Assembly (NCBI RefSeq): GCF_037042905.1 | Contig: NC_087252.1 | Location: 10,728,001 to 10,792,000, forward strand | Source: Lytechinus pictus | Taxonomy: Eukaryota | Direction of reading: 5' to 3' | DNA length: 64,000 nucleotides | Part shown: positions 38,774-51,700 of the stretch, piece after piece | How the letters are laid out: each line of letters starts with the position of its first letter | Position numbering within the stretch: position 1 is the stretch's first letter | Program-made: the position numbers and the translations under genes | The notes under the pieces: generated by a model | What the model was told of the DNA's origin: nothing | What the model saw: the letters and a program-made list of their open reading frames with translations, nothing else | The model's database searches: none

Positions 38774-39299
38774 TTCGGGTTCTCTGAAGAAGATAGGGCC
38801 TACCCTATACGACCACTTTGAAAAAAAAAAACATAATGCATTCATACCCAACTTGACAGCCATTCAATTTTTTTTATTATTATATCTACTCGACTATAAG
38901 GAGGAAACAATATTTGAAGAACAAGGTACACTCAAGCATGCATGAGATGTGCACACTGTCCGGTTTCAATGCTATTTTATGTGATATATATATATACACA
39001 TAAATACATTTGATAAAAATGAAATTCCTTATTTTAATTTTTAAGAAAAAAACATGATTTTACATCAATTCTTTACGTATTCTTATTGTCGAATTGCAAC
39101 AACAAAAAGACAACACTGTCCTGGATAACTTGTGCCCCGTAAGAACAATAATCTAGAAAGAATATAATTTTCATTGAACAATTAAATGAGAGGTTCAAGG
39201 AGGAAACAAGGTTTGAATTTCAAGGTTCACCTAAGAATACTGTAGAATCTCAAGGAAACTATTATTTCACAACTTGCATTTTCGACAGTATTAAGCATA
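38774..39299 (+). repeat. Second copy of the ~510-bp direct repeat (see 34639-35147)
   Basis: Colinear high similarity by eye. Confidence 0.9.
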
Positions 39300-40624
39300 A
39301 GTACATCTTCTTTTCAGTTGATTTTCAATCTTTTTTTTTTCTTCACTTTTTGAAGACCAAATGACTATTTTTTTTCTTTACTACTGTCAGAGATCCTTCA
39401 CAGGTCACGTGTTGTTTGTTTTCGGGTGGCTTGTAACAATTACTATGCGCTGCGGCTTGAGCTTTACACCAACATGATCAAGCGTAATAGGGGTTAAAAA
39501 ACCCCGTTTATCTCCGAAATCATTGCTCACAATGAAGATAAAACTGTTGTCACAACATTATCGTAATACCATTTCAATGAGCATTAATATTGATCGTATC
39601 ATAAGGTCATATTTACAGCACGATTAAAGCCTTTTGTTTGCATTCTCACAAAACATTGTATGATATTCCGGTTTGATGTGAAAAAAATACAAGCAAACAT
39701 AAAAGTGGACCAGAATTAAAAGAAGTACAAATTCAAGATAATATTATTAACTGTAAGCCTATTTATTGAAATGATAATCGTAGCAGCATTTGGCTAAAAT
39801 ACAATGTACAAGTATGTATGTAGAGTGGAGAATAATTAGGAACACATGATTTAAAAGAAAAGGGGAAAGGAAGTAGAAAGGATAGAAGAAGAAAAATCGG
39901 AGAGTAAGAAAAAAGGAACATGAGTTATTTCATAATGATAAAAAGTTTAAATATAGGCATACTCTAATGATAAACGAAATGAATATTTAGAAATTAATTA
40001 AAATCTGAATAATATATCACATCTTTAATCTGAGAAATATAATATTATTTCAAGTAAATTGATATAATTACATTATATGCATGATAATATGTACCAGAAG
40101 GAGGATGTGTTGATTTATTGACTTGTAAAGGTAAATAAAACATATGTCTAAAGCATTCGATTTAGTCGAACAAAGACGATGAATAGTCTGGCATACTGGA
40201 TAAAATTTATCATATATCACATGCCCAAGACAAACAGTCAAATAAAATGATTAAAAATACGTTATCAGAAATAAGTCGTTACCAGAGTACTGATTTAACA
40301 TTTTTAACCATTTACATAAAAAAAACAATAAAAAAATGATTAAAATTATGTTATCAGTAATTGATCGTTATCAGAGTACTGATTAATATATTTTATTATT
40401 TATATACACACAGATAAAAAACAATAACAAAAATGAATTTAAATTATGTTATCAGGAATTGATCGTTACCAGAGTACCAACTCAACATCTTTTACAGTTT
40501 ACATACAAACAGAAAAAACAATCACAAAAAATGGATTACAATTTCGTTATCAGGAATTGATGGTTACCAAAGTACTGATTCAACATATTTTACCATTTAC
40601 ATATAGAAAAACAATCACAAACTA

Positions 40625-41081
40625 ATACCCCCGCCGCACGTCGTTACCATGGCAACAATTTCCAACACATTGAAAACATATGTCTTGCCTATTTTAACCA
40701 CAACATCAATGTCTGAGCTATCACGAAAATTTGTTGAAAACTGACGAAGTAGTTAAAACAGCAAGATTTTGCATAATTGTTGACACATGATATATTGCGA
40801 CCATGGCAAAACGATTACTGACATATGAAAAATATGTCCTGCACATCTTCACTTCAAGACCAATGTGTGAGCTAAATTCCATGAAAATTGCTTGAAAACT
40901 GATAAAGTAGTACGATTCGCAAGATCTTTACCCAATTTTTGGCAGAATTCATGGTGTTACCATGGCAACACAATTTCCGACCCACGCAAATTATGTGTCT
41001 CACATATCTTTACCGCGATACCTATGTGTGAGCCAAATTTCATGAGAATTGGTTGAAAACTGAGGAAGTAGTTCGAACTGC
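40625..41081. repeat. Tandem ~150-175-bp GTTACCATGGCAAC-type repeat (remnant of an older Helentron-like/minisatellite element)
   Basis: (GTT)ACCATGGCAA at ~40643, 40800, 40956 and TTGAAAACTGA..AAGTAG at ~40734, 40892, 41053; a fragment resumes after 42051. Confidence 0.65.
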
Positions 41082-42051
41082 AACAAGTGGAATGCCTCTG
41101 GCCGTCTCACCTGCATCACGCGATTCAATATAGCAGCAGTGCTGATTTTGAAAACTACTATAACTCGCACAAGATGTTCAGTGATACTTGGTTACTCTTA
41201 TTTCCACGTTTTATGAACTAGACCAATACACTTATAGAGATATGATGGCAATTCAACAAATACCCCCAACGTGGCCAAAGTTCTTTGACCTTACATGACC
41301 TTTGACCTTGATCATGTGACCTGAAACTCGCACAGGATGTTCAGTGATACTTGATTACTATTATGTCCAAGTTTTATGAACTAGACCAACACACTTTCAA
41401 ATTTATGGCTGTAATTCAACAAATACCCCAATTTGGCCAAAGTTCATTGACCCTAAATGACCTTTGACCTTGATCATGTGACCTGAAACTTGCACAGGAT
41501 GTTCAGTAATACTTGATTACTACTATGTCTAAGTTTCATGAATCAGATCCATAAACTTTCAAAGTTATGATGGTAATTCGACAGATACCCCCAATTCGGC
41601 CAAAGTTCATTGACCCTAAATGACCTCTGACCTTAGTCATGTGATGTGAAACTCATGCAGGATGTTCAGTGATACTTGATTAACCTTATGTATAAGTTTC
41701 ATGAACTAGGTCCATATATTTTCTAAGTTATGATGACATTTCAAAAACTTAACCTTAGGTTAAGATTTTGATGTTGATTCCCCCAACATGGTCTAAGTTC
41801 ATTGACCCTAAATGACCTTTGACCTTGGTCATGTGACATGAAACTCAGGCAGGATGTTCAGTAATACTTGATTAACCTTATGGCCAAGTTTCATGAACTA
41901 GGTCCATATACTTTCTAAGTTATGCTGTCATTTCAAAAACTTAACCTCAGGTTAAGATTTGGTGTTGACGCCGCCGCCGCCGTCGCCGTCGCCGCCGCCG
42001 TCGGAAAAGCGGCGCCTATAGTCTCACTCTGCTATGCAGGTGAGACAAAAA
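41082..42051 (-). mobile_element. Helentron-associated non-autonomous element (HINE/DINE-1-like) with internal ~160-190-bp tandem repeats
   Basis: Sub-terminal IR GTCTCACCTGCAT (41104) / ATGCAGGTGAGAC (42034-42046), terminal hairpin GTCTCAC..GTGAGAC, (GCC)n microsatellite at 41970-42000, A-run (TT) ends, repeated TGACCTTTGACCTT units. Confidence 0.7.
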
Positions 42052-42354
42052 TTATACCATGTTTTTGCCATAATATACCGTTATCATGTCAATATAAAAA
42101 ATAAATTATGTTATCAGGAATTAATCTTTATTAGAGTTCTGATTAACATGTTTTACCATTCATATACACGGAGAAAAAACAATCACAAAAATTGATTAAA
42201 ATTATGTTATCAGGAATTGATCATTATTAGAGTACTGATTAACATCTTTTACCATTTATATACACACAGAAAAACGATAAAAAAATGGATTAAAATTATG
42301 TTGTCAGGAAGTGATTGTTACCAAAGTACTGATTAAACACATTTTACCATTTAA

Positions 42355-42586
42355 CCCTTTGCACGCTGATGTGGCAATTTGGCACATTCGTACAATTAAA
42401 TTCAACAATTATAATAATTAGTTTTCTCCCCTAACTTTATTATTAGAGAAGCTAATAAATGGAAAAAGTTCTTAGGCAACATCTATATAATAATCATTAG
42501 TATCAATGGTTTAAAATGGAAATCTTGACACAAAGAAAATAACATGGAAACAATTATCCCCCAAAATTAATTCAGCGTGCAAAGAG
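42355..42586. mobile_element. piggyBac-like MITE inserted at TTAA in the minisatellite
   Basis: TTAA|CCCTTTGCACGCTGA ... TCAGCGTGCAAAGAG (right end degenerate). Confidence 0.7.
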
Positions 42587-44825
42587 TACACACGGAAAAA
42601 AACAATCATAGAAATAGATTAAAATTGTTATCAGGAATTGATAGTTATCAGAGCACTGATTAACATATTTTACCATTTTCATACACACAGAAAACCAATC
42701 AGAAAAATAAATTGAAATAATATAATCAGGATTATTGATCATTATCAGATTACTGACTGATTTATCATATTTTACTATTTACATACACACAGAAAAGAAA
42801 ATGACATTTACAATGACAAAATGGATTAAAATGATGTTATCAATAATTAATGGTAGTTAGAGTACTGATTAACATATATTACCATTTAAGTACACACGGA
42901 AAAACAAACATAGAAATAGATTAAAATTTTTATCAGGAATTGATAGTTATCAGAGCACTGATTAACATATTTTACCATTTTCATACACACAGAAAACCAA
43001 TCAGAAAAATGGATTAAAATAATGTAATCAGGATTATTGATCATTATCAGATTACTGACTGATTCATCATCCTTTACTATGTACATACACACAGAAAAAA
43101 AACAATGACATTTACAATGACAAAATGGATTAAAATTATGTTATCAAGAATTAATGGTAGTTAGAGTACTGATTAACATATATTACCATTTAAGTACACA
43201 CGGAAAAAAACAATCATAGAAATAGATTAAAATTGTTATCAGGAATTGATAGTTATCAGAGCACTGATTAACATATTTTACCATTTTCATACACACAGAA
43301 AACCAATCAGAAAAATGGATTGAAATAATATAATCAGGATTATTGATCATTATCAGATTACTGACTGATTTATCATATTTTACTATTTACATACACACAG
43401 AAAAAAAAACAATGACATTTACAATGACAAAATGGATTAAAATGATGTTATCAAGAATTAATGGTAGTAAGAGTACTGATTAACATATATTACCATTTAA
43501 GTACACACGGAAAAAAACAATCATAGAAATAGATTAAAATTGTTATCAGGAATTGATAGTTATCAGAGCACTGATTAACATATTTTACCATTTTCATACA
43601 CACAGAAAACCAATCAGAAAAATGGATTGAAATAATATAATCAGGATTATTGATCATTATCAGATTACTGACTGATTTATCATATTTTACTATTTACATA
43701 CACACAGAAAAAAAAACAATGACATTTACAATGACAAAATGGATTAAAATGATGTTATCAAGAATTAATGGTAGTTAGAGTACTGATTAACATATATTAC
43801 CATTTAGGTACACACGGAAAAACAATCATAGAAATAGATTAAAATTGTTATCAGGAATTTATAGTTATCAGAGCACTGATTAACATATTTTACCATTTTC
43901 ATACACACAGAAAACCAATCAGAAAAATGGATTAAAATAATGTAATCAGGATTATTGATCATTATCAGATTACTGACTGATTCATCATCCTTTACTATGT
44001 ACATACACACAGAAAAAAAAAACAATGTCAAAATGGATTAAAACGATGTTATCAAGAATTATGCGCCCCACCCATTAACCGGTCGCTTTCTTATGCAACC
44101 CGCCCATCTTAAACACACCCACCCATGTATTTAGTTCGTTCACATCCTACGCCACAAAGAACCACTTAACGGAGCAATGTGACTCTTCCTACCAGCATTC
44201 GGATTTTCCAAAGACAGTCACTTTAGCTTGCTCAATATGGATGCAAAATAAGATGACAGTCGAATTACATATACACACAGGACCGCATGTACTTGACCCC
44301 TTTGATAGAGGAGAAATCCAAGTTGCATATAATATTCATTGAAATATGGTAGTACAAAGCATTTATCATATAACAAGTGCTGAGGGGATATTCATTTCAT
44401 TGAGTAGTAATAAGTAGTAAAAAGTGAAAATTACAACTATTTACATAATGTAATTTGTACGACATCGGGGTATCTACAGTAGGAAATCGTCTTCACACTG
44501 TTAAGTTTTATAAGTTTAACAGTGTAAACAGTATATTCTCATGGTTCACACTGTGAACATACAGTGATCGCACTGTGTGACACTGTTCTTTCCAGCTGGA
44601 CAAGAATGACAATAAAGTTGCATAAAACGTGTGCATTGATTGTCATTGGTATTTTCGTATTCACAGTTGGATGATATTTTAAAAACTTTTTTCTTTTTGT
44701 TTTCTTTTTATGTAATTATATACAGCATACAAAAAAGGCCTATTTATCGGGCTGTTGCAGAAACAAACGCAGCAAATAAGCAATGAAGTTCAAGTCCCAA
44801 AAATAATATTTTATGGATTAAATCA

Positions 44826-47045
44826 CACTGCATCTGATTTATTTTGTTTTATTATACTTGATATTAATAAAATATACGAATATGTGCATAACCCAATAAT
44901 ATTTTCCAAGTGTTTCTAAGTTTGCACAAGCGGTTATAAGATAAGATGTATGCGAACCTCTTCACCAGACCTATGAAGAGATGGGGTGTAAGCGGAATTT
45001 AAAGTAATAGCTATATGGAGATAAGACTTAACTAATGTATGAAATTTAAAATATGAGCTACAAAGAGTAAATGAAATTTTCAATAGGAGCTACTAAAAGT
45101 TAAGAGATATATTCGAGCTTACAATGCGAGCTGTTAATAGTGAGGAGAAATTTGAAATTTACAATAAGAAATATCTAATATTCTAAACAAGAGCTTTTAA
45201 GAGATAAGGATTTTATAAACAGACCTAAAAGAAGATATGACTCCATAGATTTGTGTCATTTACAATACGAGCTATTTAAATTTTTGAGATACAGAAACAT
45301 TTAGATAATGAGTATGAAGAGGTTATATATGAAATTCAAAATAAGAACTACTTAAAATTAAGAAATACACATATATAATTTACAACAGGATATGTTAACA
45401 GTAAAACAATATTTATGTGGAATTTAAAATTGGAGCTACTGTATTCTGAGTAAATAGATATCAGCCACCCCAAACTAAAAATAAGTGGTCCAAAATGAAT
45501 TTTGATATTTTCATTGATCTTAGAAAAGCATGTCATAAGCTTTCAAATGATATAAGTTGTCCAAATTTATCAACAGTAACCCTCAAAAGTTCTTGACTGA
45601 ATACAGAGGAAATTCAGCGAGTGCTACAACAATGTTTTGAAGTTCAGGGTTCCCTCAAGCAAGAGATGTGCACACTGTGCAGCCTTGGTGAAACTTCCAA
45701 GACTTCCGCAAAAATAGTGTCAACAGGTTTTTATCTTGTACTTTATTCATCCTTTACAACTAAAAGTATAGAGAATAAGAATTGCTCTTTAAGATAAGCG
45801 AATTGTCTAATTTTTGTTTTTAAAGACCAAATTACTCATTTGAATATTTACAGAGAACCTTTTCTGGTGATTTATTGTTGTTGGTTTTGAGGTGGCTGGT
45901 CAAATACAGAATTTTCGTTAAGAGCTTTGTAAGAGTTATGATATACAATTATGAAACAGGCTCCTACGATGGAAGTTAAAGATACAGAAAATTTACAACA
46001 AAATCTGTTACAGGTATCAGGTAGGCCTATATGATATTTACATTAGGAGCTGTCAAGATATAAGGAAAATGTGGTATTTACAATAAGAGCTACCATATGA
46101 AGAGTAAATGGACGATCTATACAATGAGAGTGGTTAAGAGTAAAGAATGTAATAAACAATACAATATATAAATCTATAAATGAAATTTATAATAAAGGCA
46201 ATATTAGAACATTATGATGTGAATAATGCACAATTGTAAAAAATTACGCTGCCGCATCTGATTAAGTGTGTATAGCTTAGTGATATTTATGTTTCGAGTG
46301 TTTTAAGAAGATCTTTGCATAAAAGCTGTTATAAGATAAACATATATACTCTATGCGAACCTCCACAAGAGATATGAAGATGTAATATTGGAATTTACAA
46401 TAATAGATATAAGGATATAAAAGTTAATTGATATTATAAAAGTTAAAATATGTGCTACTAAGTTAAGAGATAAACGTAATTTGCATTAAAATTTGCATTT
46501 AAAAGTTTAAAGATATATAAAAACTTACAATACAAGCTTTTACGAGTGAAGCATTATTTGAAATTCACAGTAAGAGCTGTTATGATTTAAGAGGTTAGAA
46601 TTAATTTAGATTTTCATTTTACATGAGCTATAAACAGGAATACAAAAAATAGCTAAAAGCAGATGTATATACATGAGTCAAGAGATTTGTGACATTTACA
46701 ATACGAGTTATCGAAATAAGAGATACAGAAACATTTAGACAATAAGTATGAAGAACAAATATATAAAATGTACACTGAGGGCTACTAAAAAAAGGGATAC
46801 AAGTCATGTATATAAGTTACAATATGATATGTTAACAGTAATGGAATATGTGAATTTTGCAATTACAGCTAATGTATTACGAGTAAATAAATATAGTCGC
46901 AAACAAACAACAAGTGGCTCTAAATTAATTTCAAGATTTTCATTGAGCTCAGAAAAGCATATATAGCTTTCAAATGATTTATCTTGTAGATATTTATCAA
47001 CAATAACCCTCAAATATTCTTGACTGAATGCAGAGGAAATCAAGC
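44826..47045 (+). repeat. Old diverged tandem duplication, period ~1.4 kb
   Basis: Paired anchors: GCATCTGATT 44830/46254, TATGCGAACCTC 44949/46352, CAGAAACATTTAGA 45292/46726, TTCTTGACTGAAT 45590/47017. Confidence 0.75.
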
Positions 47046-47595
47046 AAGCGCTGCAAAAAAAAATAGAAAAAAAAGAGAAAGGCATACTTTGGTATCGCTT
47101 ATGAAACGTTCGGCCTTGTTATTATGTTCACTCTAAATTCACTCCAAATCGAGTTGTCCTTGATTTCACTGTGAATGGAAAAGGCTAGTTAAATTCACTC
47201 ATTTTCTTTTTTTAGAGAGTAAGATTTACACGGTATACGATTGTGTCAGACGAGAGTATATTCAAATTTTCTTCTTCATGGATACAATGACATTATAAAC
47301 TTCATTAAAAAAATACGCAAGAAAATTTTACAAAAGACAATTTTGTCATAATTATAATAAGACAATTGTTTTTGCCATCATTAGTATCACATTTTAGCAT
47401 GGACTCGCAGACGCTTTCTGCAACTTTCAGAATCTATTAAAACATCCGTCAAATCATTTTAATTTAATTTCTATTGAAAAATAGTATACATATTTAAAAC
47501 CTACAATGTGTTGCCCAAATTGTTTATATGTTTCTTTCACAACATATGTATTATTAATTTTTCTTTCGCAACGGATACAAATATTTATGTTTATA

Positions 47596-48413
47596 CAGTG
47601 CGTCCCAGAATAAACGAAACCGAGATTTAGCGATGATTTATCATAACTTAATCATAAATAAAATAGACAAATGACCTACCAATGTAAAGCTTAGAATCTC
47701 CTCTTTCATCTGGTATTACTTAGATTATTCCTCATACATGCATGATCGAGCAAAAACAATTCGAAGAAAGGATGCCAAAATCTCATTTGGCGGGGGTATC
47801 TGAATTTCAAAAAGAAAATCACATGACTAAAAAGTTCAATATCTTCTCTTTTCTTTGATACCTAAATCACAGAAAATGGTCAAGTAGTAAAAAAGTTATG
47901 ATCCCTCGAAACAATGCTTGTATTTCCATAATTTCATTAAATAAACGTGTTTTCACCGGTTTCCCACTGAAGCTATCGCACGGTAACAAAAGACTTAATG
48001 CATGGCTGATCGTCAACAAAGCGGAGTGTCGAGTGAGTTTGAACGCTAGCCTGTAAAACCTCTTCATTTTATGAAATTATTGAAATTCAAGCCTTATTTC
48101 AAATAACCAGAACTTTTTTATTTCTTGACCATTTTCTGTAATTGAGGTATCAAATTAAAGAGCAGATATTGAACTTTTTAAAAATGTGGTTTTCTTTTTA
48201 AAACCCAGATACGGCCCGCCAAGTGACTTTTTGGTATCCCCTTTTAAAATAGTTTTTGCTCACTCATGCGTGAATGAGAAATAATCTAAGTAATTTCAGA
48301 TGAAAAAGGAGATTCTAAGCTTTAAAATGGTAGGTCATTTGTCTATTGTATTTGCGATTAAGTTATGATAAATCATCGATAAATCTCGGTTTCGTTTTTT
48401 GTGGGACGCACTG
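47596..48413. mobile_element. ~810-bp Tc1/mariner-type MITE with long TIRs
   Basis: TA|CAGTGCGTCCCAGAA..ACGAAACCGAGATTTA ... TAAATCTCGGTTTCGTTTTTTGTGGGACGCACTG; near-identical copy at 54991-55798. Confidence 0.92.
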
Positions 48414-48787
48414 TCCAGAGTCCATGACGACACTGCTGTTTTGATTCACCGATCGTTTGATAAATGCTGCTTTGTCATTGAAGGAACGACTTTTGACAAA
48501 AGATTATCTACGTTATAGAAAACGTCTGCGAAGTAATTGCTAAACGTCATAATGTAATGTTCATATAATCCATGCTACTTGCTTATTACCCCTAATTGCC
48601 CCTTTACTATTGACCCTAGTATCACATATCACGACACATTTTGTTAAGATGAAATTCAAAGGTGAGCTATCCCCTCAGACATCCTCTGGTTAGCCAGTTG
48701 ACCCCAACTCTCGAATCTTCATACATTGGCAATCCAGTTCCAGAGGTATAGGCTTAGCATTCTTGAGGTCAATGGAACAGTCGCTTT

Positions 48788-51700
48788 CTATTTAGGCCTA
48801 TTTGACTCAAGTGCTCGTACGCGTTGAGCCACGCTGGTCTTAGAAGAGCTAGCCACTATAAAAATAGTATAAATAAAATTGGAACATTGTGTATTGTGTG
48901 TGTCTTACTTCCTGAGGATCACATACAATCGATCAAATAAAAAGATATTTCAGTTTCAGTTTGGTTTATTTTTCATATCTCACAAATTATCAAATACAAC
49001 GTAAAGTTCATCAAAAGACAGTAAATCATTAATACAAAAATAATACAATACTCCACCATTATTCATAATAAAAAAGACAATGTTATACAATAAACGTTCA
49101 GATTGGAGACAGATATATCAATAAAATGAGGGTATAAAGGACAATCTATTAAACATCAGAGCTTGCAATTTATAGTTTTCTTATTAATAAAATTATAAGT
49201 AATTGTCAACTTGTTTTGATATCAATATGATGATATATATATCAATATGCTGAATAAAAACGATATGCCAAAATAATCATGTTAATATCTTAGAACATTT
49301 TTTTTACAGGGTTATAAGCTTGTTCTTTATTATTGCACATCTTAAGGTTCCCGAAAAGCTTCTAAATTATTTTAAGCAGCCACTTTGGAACCATCTTAAA
49401 TTCTTTAAAACAATAATTACAGGTTCTTTTGTACAGAAATAGTATTTTAGGAAACATTTTCCCCGAGGGTTCTAAATATAAATATTGAGGATAAAACTAT
49501 ATAGAGTGACTCACCTCCATGCAGGATGGTATTTGTTACATAGCTCAGACCAGCATCTTTCAGGGCTTGGTAAAGCTTCTCTACCTGCTCACTAGGTCGG
49601 ACTCTTCGTCTCCAATCACTCAGCATGTCAACAAAGCCTGATCTTGAGATTCTATCAAACGATGAATCTGGTCGATTGAAATATTTCTTTACAGTCGAGT
49701 GGGAGTAACCAAGATGGCGGCCTAGGGAGATTGCCTCGCTATGCTTGAGAATCACATCAGCCAGGGTTTCAATGAGATTGTTGGATAAACAGCTCATTCG
49801 CCCTTGCCTGTGTAAACAAAATCCATAACGTCCAAAAAATTGTTTTATGTAATTTGATAAATAAAATATTTGTTTTGGCATAGCCATATTATGCGTTTTT
49901 CCTGTCATTTCTTTGTTCACTTATTGCGTTTTTGCGTAGGGGAGGATGGAGTTTCGCTATTTATTTCTCTACCCACCTCTCCCCTCCTGGCATATCATCG
50001 GTTTGCTATGCAAACGATTGAGTACTGTTTTATTGAAAATGATCGTGACATCACTGTTCTATTACAAGTTCATGATTCTATTTTTTCATTATTATTATTA
50101 ATATCAATATTACTTCACCTTTTTCCAGAATGACCAAAAAAAAAAAGAGAACATTATGCTAAATTATATAGAGTGAAATCCTGCAGTTCCTATAATAACT
50201 GTGTATGCATTGTATGTATTCAGGATCGAAACTACTAAAAAGTTGAAATATGTTTACCGCAAATTCTTATTCCAAATGTTTTAAAAATTTGGTTTTGACA
50301 AGAAAACTTACGAATCCCTACGGCTGGTCGCGTAATCCGGTTCATCTGAAAGAAAAAAGAATACAGCAGCAGTAGTAGTATTTTTACTTGTAGTAGTAGT
50401 AGTAGTAGTAGTAGTAGTAATAGTGGTGATGGTGGTAGCAGTAGAAGTATCATTATTATGAACAGTTGATAAATTTTTCGTAAAAAAATCATATATCCAA
50501 GAATAACAGAGTTATGAATCTTAAAAGATTTGATTTTATGACGTCACATGCGAGCAGCTGCCCATTGTGTTAAATGTAATTATTATTACTATTATTACGT
50601 TCTTTTGAATCAATTCAGTTAATTTATCTCCACATTCAATTTGGAAAACATGAAAAACATGATAAATAAAACAAGAGTTGATTAAAGATTACAAAAATAC
50701 AAAAGAATAACAATATAAAAAACTACAAAATACAAAGAGCAACCAAAGAAACAAAGTATTAGGAAACCTAAATATGTTGTGTGCACTAAGAATCTACACG
50801 TAGTACATAAGCCTTTTATTTATGTTTGAACTCTGACAATGAAAGACATTGTTAAAGTAAAAAAAAAACAAATATGTAAGTGGAATGATAAGTTTGATTA
50901 CGATGACACACTGACTTACCAGGTAGATATATTGTCTAATCATCGTGATATTTTTCGCTAAATATTTACTAATGGGGGTGTGATATTTTTCTAGATGGTG
51001 ATGGTAACCAATCTAGGGTTACCTTAAAAAGAAAATAAAGTGCCTATACCTTACTAAACTAAACAGCTCTAATTGAATCATTGTTTTCATTATACCTTCT
51101 ATTGTTATGTTGAATTCTCTTACTGATGTGGCCTCGTGTCCTTCGTGTATTGCAATGCGAATGTTCTTTCCATTGTCCTCCGGGGTAAACTGAAGCACGA
51201 ACTTCAGAGGAGTACTCTGATGACCAATCAACACACTTTTGATGTGTATCTTCGTTGGAGAAAATAATATACGAAAGAACTATACATGTATAATAAATCA
51301 AAACAATATTCTCAGTAATTGTCATAATATCCGAATGAGTACGATGACTATACAAATGATTAATTACTAAAGCAAAGGTAAAAGCGGAACAAGTTCAGTA
51401 ACACATCACAAGTATTCTAAAGACATGAAAATATATTTTTTTATCTTTTTTTTATTATCAACGAGGATTTGCCGGGTTTGTTAGGTTGAGAGAGAAGATG
51501 TAAAATTGGAACGCATCTAATTTAATCGATTGATGGATATTGATGCATCTGAAAAATAAATTACGTAAGCTGCATTTTGCAGCTATAATTAATTCTATAT
51601 TTCTTAGGAATCATTTTAAGTCAACACAGTGCCGAATATAAATTGCCTTGCAAAACCATAAGGATATTCCATGATAATAGATATTAAAACTTGTAATAAA

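Larger units (their letters stand above)
40240..44062 (+). repeat. ~100-bp AT-rich minisatellite, becoming a ~305-bp trimeric higher-order repeat from 42585; interrupted by insertions
   Basis: GTTATCAGGAATTGAT..AGAGTACTGATTAACAT..TTACCATTT..TACACAC.GAAAA monomer; GTACACACGGAAAA recurs at ~42586, 42890, 43194, 43501, 43808. Confidence 0.92.

Noticed and set aside
34639..39299. LTR pair of a retrotransposon
   Set aside because: No TG...CA termini, PBS/PPT or gag/pol remnants seen between the repeats
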